Source: an uncultured Bacillota bacterium
GTDB lineage: Bacteria; Bacillota_I; Bacilli_A; RFN20; CAG-826
Length of the DNA: 64,000 nt
NCBI GenBank assembly: GCA_937876465.1
Contig: CALEHV010000043.1
Coordinates: forward strand, 3,198-67,197
Direction: 5' to 3'
In this document: positions 38,323 through 47,307 of the stretch, one piece after another
Layout: each line of letters starts with the position of its first letter
How positions within the stretch are numbered: position 1 is the stretch's first letter
The notes under the pieces: model-generated
Seen by the model: only the letters and a program-made list of their open reading frames with translations
Databases searched by the model: none
What the model was told of the DNA's origin: nothing
Translations under genes and position numbers: made by a program

Positions 38323-39198
38323 ATGATAGCTTCATCTTTAATTTTGACGGCAGTTACGACATTAAGTGGGGTTAACAATGTCGCTAAGGCGAATAAAATA
38401 GAAATATTAAAGCAAAACTCAATTGAAATAATCCAAAAAGCATCAACAGAGTTTGAATTTGATGTAATTGGATTGAATATAAATGACCAGTTTCAAATTA
38501 CAAAGGAAAAAATTCTTTCGTTTTATGAAGAAAATAATCTTCTTAATGATGATTATATTGAAGCTATGAAGACGAAAGTGGTAGAAGATGACTCTTTTCA
38601 AATCACTAATATCGAAAGTTATGAATTATCTAGTTTTGATAAAATATCAATAAAAAATATGATTAATGATATTCGTGAAATAAGCATTGTAGAGAATAAC
38701 AATAATTTGAGATTTAAAAGTGGGAATTTCCAAATTCCAGCGGAAATTTTTAGTGATTTAAATAATAAAGACAAAAGTGGAAGCAATCAGAACGACAATC
38801 AGCAAGATGGGACGGCAACATTTCAACATACATTGCCAATTTTGGAATATAATTCTTCTAATGTTACAAGTACTGTTGGTGGAAAGGTCGATGGTATAAA
38901 TTTTGTTGGAATCATAGCAAATAGAGATTCTTGTATAGGTTTGTACAACACCGTTGCAAGATTTTTAAATAATCAAGTTATGTATGGTGCGAGTGGAATA
39001 AAAGGGCCTGCCTCTATGATAATTGAAACCTTATTGACACTTACTCCAGCGCCGGTAACAACCGTTATAAGTGCGCTCGTTGGATATTTCACTGGATTGT
39101 GGTCATCATTCTGCTCTTTGTTTACATCGGGTGGCCCAATAGGGATTGTTGTCGGTTTGATAATCGGCCTTGTTGAGCTGCATGCATTGCAACTCTAG
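38323..39198 (+). CDS. Secreted protein with a Gly/Ala-rich hydrophobic C-terminus (bacteriocin/toxin-like)
   Basis: SD AGGAGG. Signal-like MIASSLILTAVTTLSGVNNVAKA. C-terminus TPAPVTTVISALVGYFTGLWSSFCSLFTSGGPIGIVVGLIIGLV. A protein-like frame continues after the stop in another frame to 39299. Confidence 0.55.
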   Translation: MIASSLILTAVTTLSGVNNVAKANKIEILKQNSIEIIQKASTEFEFDVIGLNINDQFQITKEKILSFYEENNLLNDDYIEAMKTKVVEDDSFQITNIESYELSSFDKISIKNMINDIREISIVENNNNLRFKSGNFQIPAEIFSDLNNKDKSGSNQNDNQQDGTATFQHTLPILEYNSSNVTSTVGGKVDGINFVGIIANRDSCIGLYNTVARFLNNQVMYGASGIKGPASMIIETLLTLTPAPVTTVISALVGYFTGLWSSFCSLFTSGGPIGIVVGLIIGLVELHALQL

Positions 39199-39216
39199 TT
39201 ACTATGTTTGTAATGG

Positions 39217-39807
39217 GTGCACAAGGGAAAGGCTTTGCTGTTGGTTGGAAAGTGTATAATTTGTTCAATTGGAAGTGGTACTGTGGCGAAGCAAATTAAC
39301 GACAATTTTTATGACAGGTTTATAGATGAAAGTGCTCTTCAAAATATTCCTGATGAAAAAACTAAACAAAAATACTGGGTTTTATATTTTTCTTTTATAC
39401 TATTCTGTCTAATCTCTTCATCACTTCCAACTTTTGTCGGTTATTATTTTAAACATATCTTTTCGATAATTATGTTTATATGGTATGTATTATTCATTTT
39501 TTTAGCGGTGTTATCGTTTATTAAAATTCTAATGATTGATAGTAAATATAAAGTATTTAAGAATCATTTATTATTCTTATTGAGTTTGCCATACATTATC
39601 CTGATGATACTTATGCTTACTCTTCCGATTTTTACAACACAGTTTGTGCCTTTGGAAAATGGAGCATTCGAAGTGAACTTCAACCCATTCTTTTATTTTT
39701 TATTTTTTCTTCCCCTCTTTTTTGGCTACACGATATTTATCTATTATGCATTTATGAAATGTTTCGCAAAATATGTAAAAAAGCATAAAAAAGATGTTTT
39801 TAACTAA
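39217..39807 (+). CDS. Polytopic membrane protein, candidate immunity protein; start uncertain (in-frame GTG at 39283)
   Basis: At least four hydrophobic helices. Lies immediately downstream of the toxin-like gene. Confidence 0.5.
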   Translation: MHKGKALLLVGKCIICSIGSGTVAKQINDNFYDRFIDESALQNIPDEKTKQKYWVLYFSFILFCLISSSLPTFVGYYFKHIFSIIMFIWYVLFIFLAVLSFIKILMIDSKYKVFKNHLLFLLSLPYIILMILMLTLPIFTTQFVPLENGAFEVNFNPFFYFLFFLPLFFGYTIFIYYAFMKCFAKYVKKHKKDVFN

Positions 39808-40066
39808 CTCTATACTAAAAAAGATTTTTTAAATACTGATTTCCGAGTCATAATATAACTCAAGTTAAAAAAACAAAAACAGAACGCTCAGATATGGAGA
39901 AAATTTTAATTAAAAATGCAAAAATTGATGATTTAGCGAGCATCGATCCCACAGATTCTGAAAAATCAAAAGAACAGCTTGAAATTGTTAAAAAATTAGA
40001 TGATTTAGATTAATAAAAGGAGATTAACTATTAAGAATCAAGATAAAAATTCAAAATAATTAATTT

Positions 40067-40418
40067 CCATAACGAAAACATTCCAAATAACAATGGAATT
40101 AAAAAAATATTGTGATAATTCGCAGTAATTATCTAAAAGATGATAAGTCAAAACGAGTATTACTTGTTTCGACTTAACTAATTCTAAGTAATCCCTAGTA
40201 GCAAGTGATTACTTTGTAATCTATAAGAGAAAGTTCCACAAAGAGAACTGTTTTCGTTATACAAATCAATTTTCTCTTGATTTCTAATAGTTAAAAACCC
40301 CCTTTCTTAGAAGCAGTAGAACCATATTTATTTTATCTAAAATGTTGCAACGACTTTGTCAAATAACAAGATAATTCGTTTTATCTAAAGAAAATCACTC
40401 TTTTAATGAGTGATTTTT
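40067..40418 (+). ncRNA. Candidate structured non-coding RNA ending in an intrinsic terminator
   Basis: A 12-nt inverted repeat ATAACGAAAACA (40067-40078) / TGTTTTCGTTAT (40247-40258) encloses several hairpins. The terminator is AATCACTC...GAGTGATT plus a T-run at 40391-40418. There is no ORF. Confidence 0.3.
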
Positions 40419-40460
40419 TTGTGCACAAAGACCATCGTAAATGATAATATTGTGGTAACG

Positions 40461-40652
40461 ATGAATATAGATTACGCATAGTTATTAAAACAATATAGAG
40501 AAAAGATGTTTTTGTCACAAAGAGATTTGGCATCAAAGCTTGGTATTTCTTACACAACGGTTAATAGATGGAAAACTGGAAAGTTTGTTCCAACTATTCA
40601 AATGAAGAAGAAACTATATAGTCTTTTTAAGAAAGCAGGATTGATTAAATAA
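40461..40652 (+). pseudogene. XRE-type HTH regulator with an in-frame TAG at codon 7 (or a 48-aa CDS from ATG 40506)
   Basis: MNIDYA*LLKQYREKMFLSQRDLASKLGISYTTVNRWKTGKFVP is a classic HTH_3 pattern. Confidence 0.55.
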
Positions 40653-40773
40653 CATAATTTAGGATTAAGCCCTATTTATCATCTGACAACAAATTTATAA
40701 ACATGAAAGTTAAATGAGGTTGTTGTCGCATTTAGTGATTAATAAGCATCTTATTAAATGAAAGGTAGCATTT

Positions 40774-41081
40774 GTGAACGAAAAAGATTTTGAAAATGCC
40801 TTTAAAAGAGCGTTTCAAAAATGTGATGAAAAAGGCGAAATGAAGTGCTTGAGAAAATTTATAATGAGTATTACAAAATCGTTTGTTTTTGTATCTCAAA
40901 AAATGTCCAAGGAGACGCTCTTATCGAAGATTTGGCTCAAGATACGTTTATAAGATTCTTTGAAAATGCACGGACAGTGAGGGGTTCAGCGAAATATTGC
41001 CTTGTAAAAGTCGCAAATAATCTCAACTTAGGTCTTGATCACATTGATTATGATGGTTGTCTACATTGGATGCGGCACTGA
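40774..41081 (+). pseudogene. Frameshifted, truncated sigma-70/ECF-type factor (region 2 only)
   Basis: The GTG 40774 reading VNEKDFENAFKRAFQKCDEKGE shifts frame into VLEKIYNEYYKIVCFCISKNV...LAQDTFIRFFEN. Region 4 is absent. Confidence 0.5.
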
Positions 41082-41168
41082 TTGACATAAAAACTTGACA
41101 AAAATGCAAATATATCAAAAGTGTAAAACAAAATAATTTAGAAACTGCAAGTTAGAACTTTACAATAC

Positions 41169-41196
41169 TTGACAAAATGTGTAGACACTTTATAAT
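41169..41196 (+). promoter_or_regulatory. Near-consensus sigma-70 promoter placed for a leaderless transcript
   Basis: TTGACA (41169-41174), 16-nt spacer, TATAAT (41191-41196). ATG 41203 lies 6 nt downstream and has no SD. Confidence 0.5.
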
Positions 41197-41202
41197 TTAG
41201 TC

Positions 41203-42297
41203 ATGAAACAAATTATCAAAGACCTAATTAACAACTTGTGGAATGGTAAAGCAAATGTTATCCATGTTAATAAATCAATGGATGTCAGTGATGTTTTATT
41301 GCGTGATGTAAAAAATGCAATCGACGAGAATAGCAAAAACTATTTCTTTTTCCATGCGTATCCAGGTAACACGAAAGATGTCGATTTACTAAACAACATC
41401 CAGAAAACAATGTATTTGTTAAAAGATAATAAGATGGTTTTTATAATCCAAGATCTTTTCTATTTTCAGTCTCCTCAAGCTATTATTAACGCTTTTTATG
41501 GTAAAAAAAATATTACCGCTATCATTACTACAAATATTGATATTGTTTATGCTTTAAAAAACGATGATACACAAATACGTGGTCGTTACACGAGATATTT
41601 TTTGGCTCCAGAATTATACGGAGATGTAGTAGATACAAGTGATTACCATTTGGATGGACTATTTAATTTCTTTTCAAAAAAAGAAGCAACAGAAATATAT
41701 AAGTATATTGTTTGGCATAGTGGAGAGGTTTTGTCCTTTAGACAGCTATATGAATCTATTAAGGTAAATAAAACTCTTCCATTTTATATTGAAGCGATTA
41801 ATTATATGAATAAGGCTGGCATGATTTATATCCTTGAAAGAGTAGAGATAAAAGAAGGAAAAAAACTGTCTTCTGGAATTGTTTTTTATCCAACTTATGT
41901 TTCTGATATTGATTTAACAGATTTGCCAAATGAAAAGAAATTCAAATTAAAAAACGAAGCTTATCTCGTTGCTAAAATGTTTTCTAATAATTGCATGGTT
42001 TATCGTGCGATATCTTATTATGGCGATACGATTGATGGAAAATATAAATCTAGAGTGGAATTCAACCGTGGATTTCTAATTGAATATTATGACCGTAAAT
42101 GCGTTATTAAAATTGATTTTGACGATGATGATAATGCAATTGATAGATTTAAAAAAGCAAAGAGCAATATTCCTCATATGATTGCAGTTCTAGGGCAAGT
42201 GGAACTAAGAGTAGACAAAGACGGTATGGCTTATTGTGGTTTACAAACGTTGTTTGAGAAAGGCTTAGACGGCTATGGCGGATTTCCAAAGAACTAA
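41203..42297 (+). CDS. Divergent AAA_14/DUF4143-like protein lacking a Walker A motif
   Basis: Its length and layout parallel the downstream paralogue. The P-loop position reads ANVIHVNKSMDVS (no GK[ST]). The gene overlaps the next gene by 23 nt. Confidence 0.5.
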   Translation: MKQIIKDLINNLWNGKANVIHVNKSMDVSDVLLRDVKNAIDENSKNYFFFHAYPGNTKDVDLLNNIQKTMYLLKDNKMVFIIQDLFYFQSPQAIINAFYGKKNITAIITTNIDIVYALKNDDTQIRGRYTRYFLAPELYGDVVDTSDYHLDGLFNFFSKKEATEIYKYIVWHSGEVLSFRQLYESIKVNKTLPFYIEAINYMNKAGMIYILERVEIKEGKKLSSGIVFYPTYVSDIDLTDLPNEKKFKLKNEAYLVAKMFSNNCMVYRAISYYGDTIDGKYKSRVEFNRGFLIEYYDRKCVIKIDFDDDDNAIDRFKKAKSNIPHMIAVLGQVELRVDKDGMAYCGLQTLFEKGLDGYGGFPKN

Positions 42298-43510
42298 AGA
42301 AGTTGATACATTATTATCATTTATTGGTAATGGCAAAGTTAATATTGTTGCTGGTTTAAGAAGAGCTGGAAAGACTTATCTATTAGATACAGTTTTTGTA
42401 AACAAACTAATTAATGAACTAAAAACCTATGTTGAAAAAGATATTGGTATTCTTTACCTTGATAGTGTCGATAAAGACATAAGAACAGAGGTTCAACTCG
42501 ACTCTGCGCTTGCTAATTTAGCTAAAAATAATAAGAAAATCATCATTATTGATGAAGTTCAGTTAGCAACTGGCTTTGTTAATTCATTAAAAGCATTTGT
42601 AAAAATGCATCCAGAGATTGCCGTTTTTGTAACTGGATCTAATAGTGATATTCTTTCTAAACAGATTATTGCTATGTTCCAAGGTTCTGCAGAAACGCTT
42701 ATTATAAATCCACTAACATATAAAGAAATAATAGAAGAAATTCCTGACTATCCTATTGATACTTATGTTGCTTATGGTGGGTTGCCATATATTGTATTAG
42801 AAAAGCAAGAGAAAAAAGCGATTGAATTAGAAAAGATATTTAAAGAGTTATACGAAAGAGATGTTGAATCCAAAATAAATAAAACTTTGAAGTATTTATC
42901 AACTGTCCACGCAAAAGAATTAATCAATTTAATTTCTTCTTCAGCTTCTCCGGTTAGCCCAGCTTCGATTGCGAAGAAGTTTTTGCATGGTTTAAGTAGG
43001 AAGGGATTAGATGAGGTTATTGTCGTAAAAGAAATCAACGACATTTTATCTATTCTTGAAGATTGCTTTTTATTAAAGCACATTTTAATAGACGATTATG
43101 AAAAAAGAACACCATTAGAGAATATTGGTCTTAATAAAAAATACTACTTTGCTGACAATGGTTTAAGGTACATTAAATGTTTTGACTTATCAAAGGCTAT
43201 GGGCTATTGCTTAGAAAATGCTGTATTTATTCATCTTTCCAAGAGAGGAATTATTCCGACAGGTTATCTTATGCTTGGAGAGAAAAATGACATAGTCGGT
43301 GAAATTGATTTTGATTATATGTTCGAAAAGAAGCAATATCTTCTCCAAGTTACTCACACAATTAACGAAAAGGATTATAAAAGAGAGATTGGGAATCTTA
43401 AAGATTTACCTTCTTCATTCATAAAACAAGTTGTATATATGAATAACATAACTGGAAAAGAGGAAGAAGGAATTACTTATCTACGCGGCAAAGAATTCTT
43501 TACTAAATAA
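42275..43510 (+). CDS. AAA_14 ATPase with DUF4143 C-terminal domain
   Basis: Walker A GLRRAGKTYLL, Walker B IIIIDEVQ, plus VTGSNSDIL, YGGLPYIV, KYYFADNGLRY, LENAVFIHL, GEIDFDY. Confidence 0.75.
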   Translation: MADFQRTKEVDTLLSFIGNGKVNIVAGLRRAGKTYLLDTVFVNKLINELKTYVEKDIGILYLDSVDKDIRTEVQLDSALANLAKNNKKIIIIDEVQLATGFVNSLKAFVKMHPEIAVFVTGSNSDILSKQIIAMFQGSAETLIINPLTYKEIIEEIPDYPIDTYVAYGGLPYIVLEKQEKKAIELEKIFKELYERDVESKINKTLKYLSTVHAKELINLISSSASPVSPASIAKKFLHGLSRKGLDEVIVVKEINDILSILEDCFLLKHILIDDYEKRTPLENIGLNKKYYFADNGLRYIKCFDLSKAMGYCLENAVFIHLSKRGIIPTGYLMLGEKNDIVGEIDFDYMFEKKQYLLQVTHTINEKDYKREIGNLKDLPSSFIKQVVYMNNITGKEEEGITYLRGKEFFTK

Positions 43511-43515
43511 GAATT

Positions 43516-43947
43516 GTGCATACTTACTCAACTCAATTAGCGCCATCTATTTATGTATTTAGCGATCATATTGAAGTTTTTTCTTACGGGAATCCACTGT
43601 CTGTTCAACCTAAAGAAGAGTTCCTAGATGGTGTTTCAAAGCCTATCAACCCTAAACTCATGGATATTTTCATGAAAATTCATAAATCAGAACCAAGTGG
43701 TAAAGGCGTTAATACGATTAAGAAAAAGTATGGTGAAGACGCTTTTGTAATGAATAGTGAGTCTTTTACTGTTTCTATTCCGTTTAATGAATTAGCTTTG
43801 GAGGATAATGTCCCTCAAGATGTCCTTCAACAATCCGAGATAGATATTCTTATCGAAGCAATTAAGAAAAACCCAAATATAACCAGAGCAGAATTGGTTA
43901 AGCTTATTGGCAAGACTATCAAAACTGTGGGAAGAATAATTGTTTGA
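43516..43947 (+). pseudogene. C-terminal fragment of an AlbA_2/HATPase_c_4-type (RecG-like) putative regulator
   Basis: Only the HATPase_c_4-like part is present (IYVFSDHIEVFSYGNPL...SKPINPKLMDIFMKIHKSEPSGKGVNTI), followed by an HTH-like tail. The N-terminal domain is missing and the start is GTG. Confidence 0.5.
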
Positions 43948-44110
43948 TTGGAAAATGAAAGGAATTTTCCTTTCATAATCAGAAATCTATATGACGAAAT
44001 ACAAAAATGCCAAACATTATCTCAATATGATTTATTAGAAACGGAACTTTGAAATAGAAAAATAACTAAAAAATATGGCTGTCATTTTAAAAAATATTTG
44101 CTGATAGTAT

Positions 44111-45022
44111 TCATAATTTAAATTTGTTTCTAAAGTTGTATTTATCAAGCACATTTTTCTTTCTTTTCAAATCGACATGTGTATATATTTCAGTAGTGGA
44201 TATTGATGAATGACCCATCAGTTCTTGAACAGTTCTCAAATCGCCTCCATTTGATAAAAGATTTGTGGCAAAAGTATGTCTTAGACAATGAGGGGTATAT
44301 GTACTAGAAATATGCAACTCTTTTAGCAATTGTTTAAACAGTGAATCTATTGAATGAGTTCCTAGTCTTTCTTTATTTTTGTTCAAAAAAAGATAATCGT
44401 TTTGGCATTCAACACTTTTTCTTATTCTCCAATATCTTTGAAGATTAGACCAGCAATCATTGTTTGGGATATATGCGATTCTTTCTTTCTTTCCTTTTCC
44501 ATGAATGATAATTATTCTGCTGGCAAAGTCAATGTCGTTGATTTTAATGGTACTTGCTTCATTGATACGGATACCAGTAGTTATTAGCAAATCAAATAAT
44601 GCTAAATCGCGATTAGATTTGAAGCAATCATACATAGATGTGCATTTGCTTCTTTGACTATATAGGTGAAAGAGCATTTTTTTGATGATTGATATCGGCA
44701 TTGTCTTTGGGATGCTTTTTTCATCTTTAATGTTTAAAGCAATCTCTTTAGTGTAATTGACTTTAATTTTCTTATTAACTTTTAAATAATCCAAAAATAA
44801 CGATATCGATATTCTTTTCCTTTTTATTGATGATGCTTTATAACCACCTTTTATTAGTGATTGAAAATAAGATGCAACAGTCATTTTGCTTAACAAATTG
44901 TCCTTAAAATGCGAAATGAATAAAGATACATCATATTTATATGCACTTATTGTTTCTTTGCTCTTGTTAGATGATGATTTCAAGTGATCTACATATTCAT
45001 CCAGTAATTTCATCATTTTCAT
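44111..45022 (-). CDS. Tyrosine site-specific recombinase/integrase (XerC/D-like)
   Basis: SD GGAGGAA. Catalytic motifs TGIRINEA, HCLRHTFATNLL, GHSSISTTEIYTHV. Confidence 0.85.
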   Translation of the reverse strand: MKMMKLLDEYVDHLKSSSNKSKETISAYKYDVSLFISHFKDNLLSKMTVASYFQSLIKGGYKASSIKRKRISISLFLDYLKVNKKIKVNYTKEIALNIKDEKSIPKTMPISIIKKMLFHLYSQRSKCTSMYDCFKSNRDLALFDLLITTGIRINEASTIKINDIDFASRIIIIHGKGKKERIAYIPNNDCWSNLQRYWRIRKSVECQNDYLFLNKNKERLGTHSIDSLFKQLLKELHISSTYTPHCLRHTFATNLLSNGGDLRTVQELMGHSSISTTEIYTHVDLKRKKNVLDKYNFRNKFKL

Positions 45023-45112
45023 ACTTTCTATTCCTCCTGTTTTTTGTTTGTAAATATAACAAGAAATTGATAAAATTTTCTTACAATAATTAGGAATTAT
45101 GGAGACAAAACA

Positions 45113-46426
45113 ATGGGTATTTTTGATTTTGAAAAATCATTGATCCACAATGATGAAACCATAGGCAATAGTGATTATTTTTCAGAGTTGCTACAACAAC
45201 CAAGAAGCAGTCATAAGAGAAACTCAGCAAAAGATGTTACAGTTTCAAACATATTCTCCAAAAGACAATGTTGGTCATTTTCTTCTTTAAAAAACGTTTT
45301 TTTCATCAACACAAAATTAAGCAATTTTTCATTTCAAAGTTGTTATTTGGATGGATGTTGTTTCATTAATGATAAGAAAAAGAAATGGCTTCATACAGTT
45401 TATTACACCAATTCTTTTGTAAAGAACACAACTTTTAAAAAAATCGATTTTACCAATGTAGATTTTTCAAATGCTATTTTCCAAAACTGCATTTTTTATT
45501 CAGTCTCTTTTAGATCATGCAATTTTATGCACTCAAAATTTATTAATTGTTCATTTAGATTTGTTTCAATGCGATATTCTAATTTTGAGTATTCTATGTT
45601 TATAAATCCTTCCATAAGTTCATCCGTCTTATCGTTTAATCAATCACCATACATTATTGGTGGCATTGAAATGGTTAAAAATGGTAAATATATTAGACTC
45701 AATCAAAAAGGTGTCTTCATGAAAGCTAATGAATATGGCGATTATTTTCAAGACTTTATTAATTATTATTTAAAAAAAAACGAATTCTTCCCTCTTGTTA
45801 ATCTTTATATGAATTTAAAAGAAGTCGAAAAAGCAAAAGAAGTTGCTTCAATGGGATTTAAAAAGGCAATCATGTTAAATAATCATGAACTAGCTTTTTC
45901 GTTTGCCAGATTGATTAATTATTATGGATTTTTATCTTTTGATGAAAAAAATAGCCTTCTTGAATTTGCGAATCAATCATTAGTACAGCAAGAAAATAAC
46001 GATTATTTAAAAGAAAGATTCTTTTCAATTCAAAATATTGAAGAAGAATTGTTATATCGACCATCTCAAGGCAGCATGCTTGTTGCAATTTTTAAAACTA
46101 ATTTGCTCGAGGGTGATGAAAGACTAAATGATACATTAAAAGATATCGATGAATTTGGTGAGGGGTTTAGCGATGAAAATGGATATCATGTTTTAAAAGT
46201 CTCGCACAACTCTCCGTTCGAAATAGTTTGTTTGATTGTAGGGTTTATTGGGAGTGTTGCTTCTATTTCAAGCGTTATCGATACGGTTATCAAAAAAATC
46301 AAGGAGCGGAAAGCTAAAAAAGATAGCCGCAACAACGAAGTTGATAATGTTGCTATTTCTGGGGCGAATGTCACCATTACATATTCTGATGGCAAGGTAA
46401 TAAGAATTGAAAAAAAGATAAACTAA
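45113..46426 (+). CDS. Pentapeptide-repeat protein with helical middle region and C-terminal transmembrane helix
   Basis: SD GGAG. Tandem pentapeptide repeats, e.g. FKKIDFTNVDFSNAIFQNCIFYSVSFRSCNFMHSKFINCSFRFVSMRYSNFEYSMF. TM helix FEIVCLIVGFIGSVASISSVI. Confidence 0.65.
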   Translation: MGIFDFEKSLIHNDETIGNSDYFSELLQQPRSSHKRNSAKDVTVSNIFSKRQCWSFSSLKNVFFINTKLSNFSFQSCYLDGCCFINDKKKKWLHTVYYTNSFVKNTTFKKIDFTNVDFSNAIFQNCIFYSVSFRSCNFMHSKFINCSFRFVSMRYSNFEYSMFINPSISSSVLSFNQSPYIIGGIEMVKNGKYIRLNQKGVFMKANEYGDYFQDFINYYLKKNEFFPLVNLYMNLKEVEKAKEVASMGFKKAIMLNNHELAFSFARLINYYGFLSFDEKNSLLEFANQSLVQQENNDYLKERFFSIQNIEEELLYRPSQGSMLVAIFKTNLLEGDERLNDTLKDIDEFGEGFSDENGYHVLKVSHNSPFEIVCLIVGFIGSVASISSVIDTVIKKIKERKAKKDSRNNEVDNVAISGANVTITYSDGKVIRIEKKIN

Positions 46427-47307
46427 TATCTTTTATAAATAAGTTTTAATAAGTACGTCTTGTTATCATATTCTTCGTATTGTTCTACAGCATCTGTCTT
46501 TATTTTATAAAGATAGCCATTATTAATTCTTTTAACATTAAAGAAATCCTCGTTCGTTAATATAATCGAAGAATAATTAATAACTAATGTTTCACATTTT
46601 TTAATTGTTTCTAAATCGAAGAATTCTTTTGAAAACCAGGAAAAATAATTCAGCTCTTGCAAAGAAGGTAAACCGTTATCCTTTAACGACATGTTGATTA
46701 AAAAGGAAGATGCTTGAAAGCGAGCGTTTATTTCGATTGCGTATAGTGTGTTTTTTCGATCACGCATAAAATCGACACCACATATACCTCTATATCCAAA
46801 CAATTGCATCTTATGGGCAATTTCTTTAGCTGCAAAATAAGATGACTTAAGAATTTCGTTACCAAGTATTTCGTTAGCATTGATAAAGTCTGCGCCTTGA
46901 TATGATTGCCTTTTTAGGTCGATTATTTGTATGGATGGTTGGAATATTATTACATCTTTTTCACTTATCAAAATATGTCTATTAAAGCTAATTGTGTTTT
47001 CAATAAATTCAGAAACAAGGTAAGTGGTTTCGGGTTTTGTTTCTAGTAATAACTCATCCTTTCTTAATAAAAGAGTATTGTCACATCCTGCGCCATAAGG
47101 CTGTTGCAGAACGAACAATTCAGTATCCTTAAAATATGATGAAAGAGCTTTGTCATTTATTTGAGAACCTTTCAAAACAACATATTTCGGAAATTGAAAA
47201 GAAGACAAATTGAATAGTTTTCGAAATTCGATTTTATTATTAAATAAATCAACAACTTTTTTATCGTTTACAACAAGAAAATTATTTTTAAATAATTTCA
47301 GCATCAA
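46423..47307 (-). CDS. ATP-grasp domain protein
   Basis: GYRGICGVDFMRDRKNTLYAIEINARFQASS (the E-x-N catalytic region of ATP-grasp enzymes). Confidence 0.7.
   Translation of the reverse strand: MMLKLFKNNFLVVNDKKVVDLFNNKIEFRKLFNLSSFQFPKYVVLKGSQINDKALSSYFKDTELFVLQQPYGAGCDNTLLLRKDELLLETKPETTYLVSEFIENTISFNRHILISEKDVIIFQPSIQIIDLKRQSYQGADFINANEILGNEILKSSYFAAKEIAHKMQLFGYRGICGVDFMRDRKNTLYAIEINARFQASSFLINMSLKDNGLPSLQELNYFSWFSKEFFDLETIKKCETLVINYSSIILTNEDFFNVKRINNGYLYKIKTDAVEQYEEYDNKTYLLKLIYKRY

Noticed and set aside
39894-40013. A 39-aa ORF (MEKILIKNAKIDDLASIDPTDSEKSKEQLEIVKKLDDLD).
   Set aside because: It has no SD and no hydrophobic or Cys pattern. It cannot be supported from sequence alone.
40067-40258. 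A retron msr/msd interpretation of the inverted-repeat-closed structured region.
   Set aside because: No reverse transcriptase ORF lies anywhere nearby. The element is kept only as a generic candidate ncRNA.
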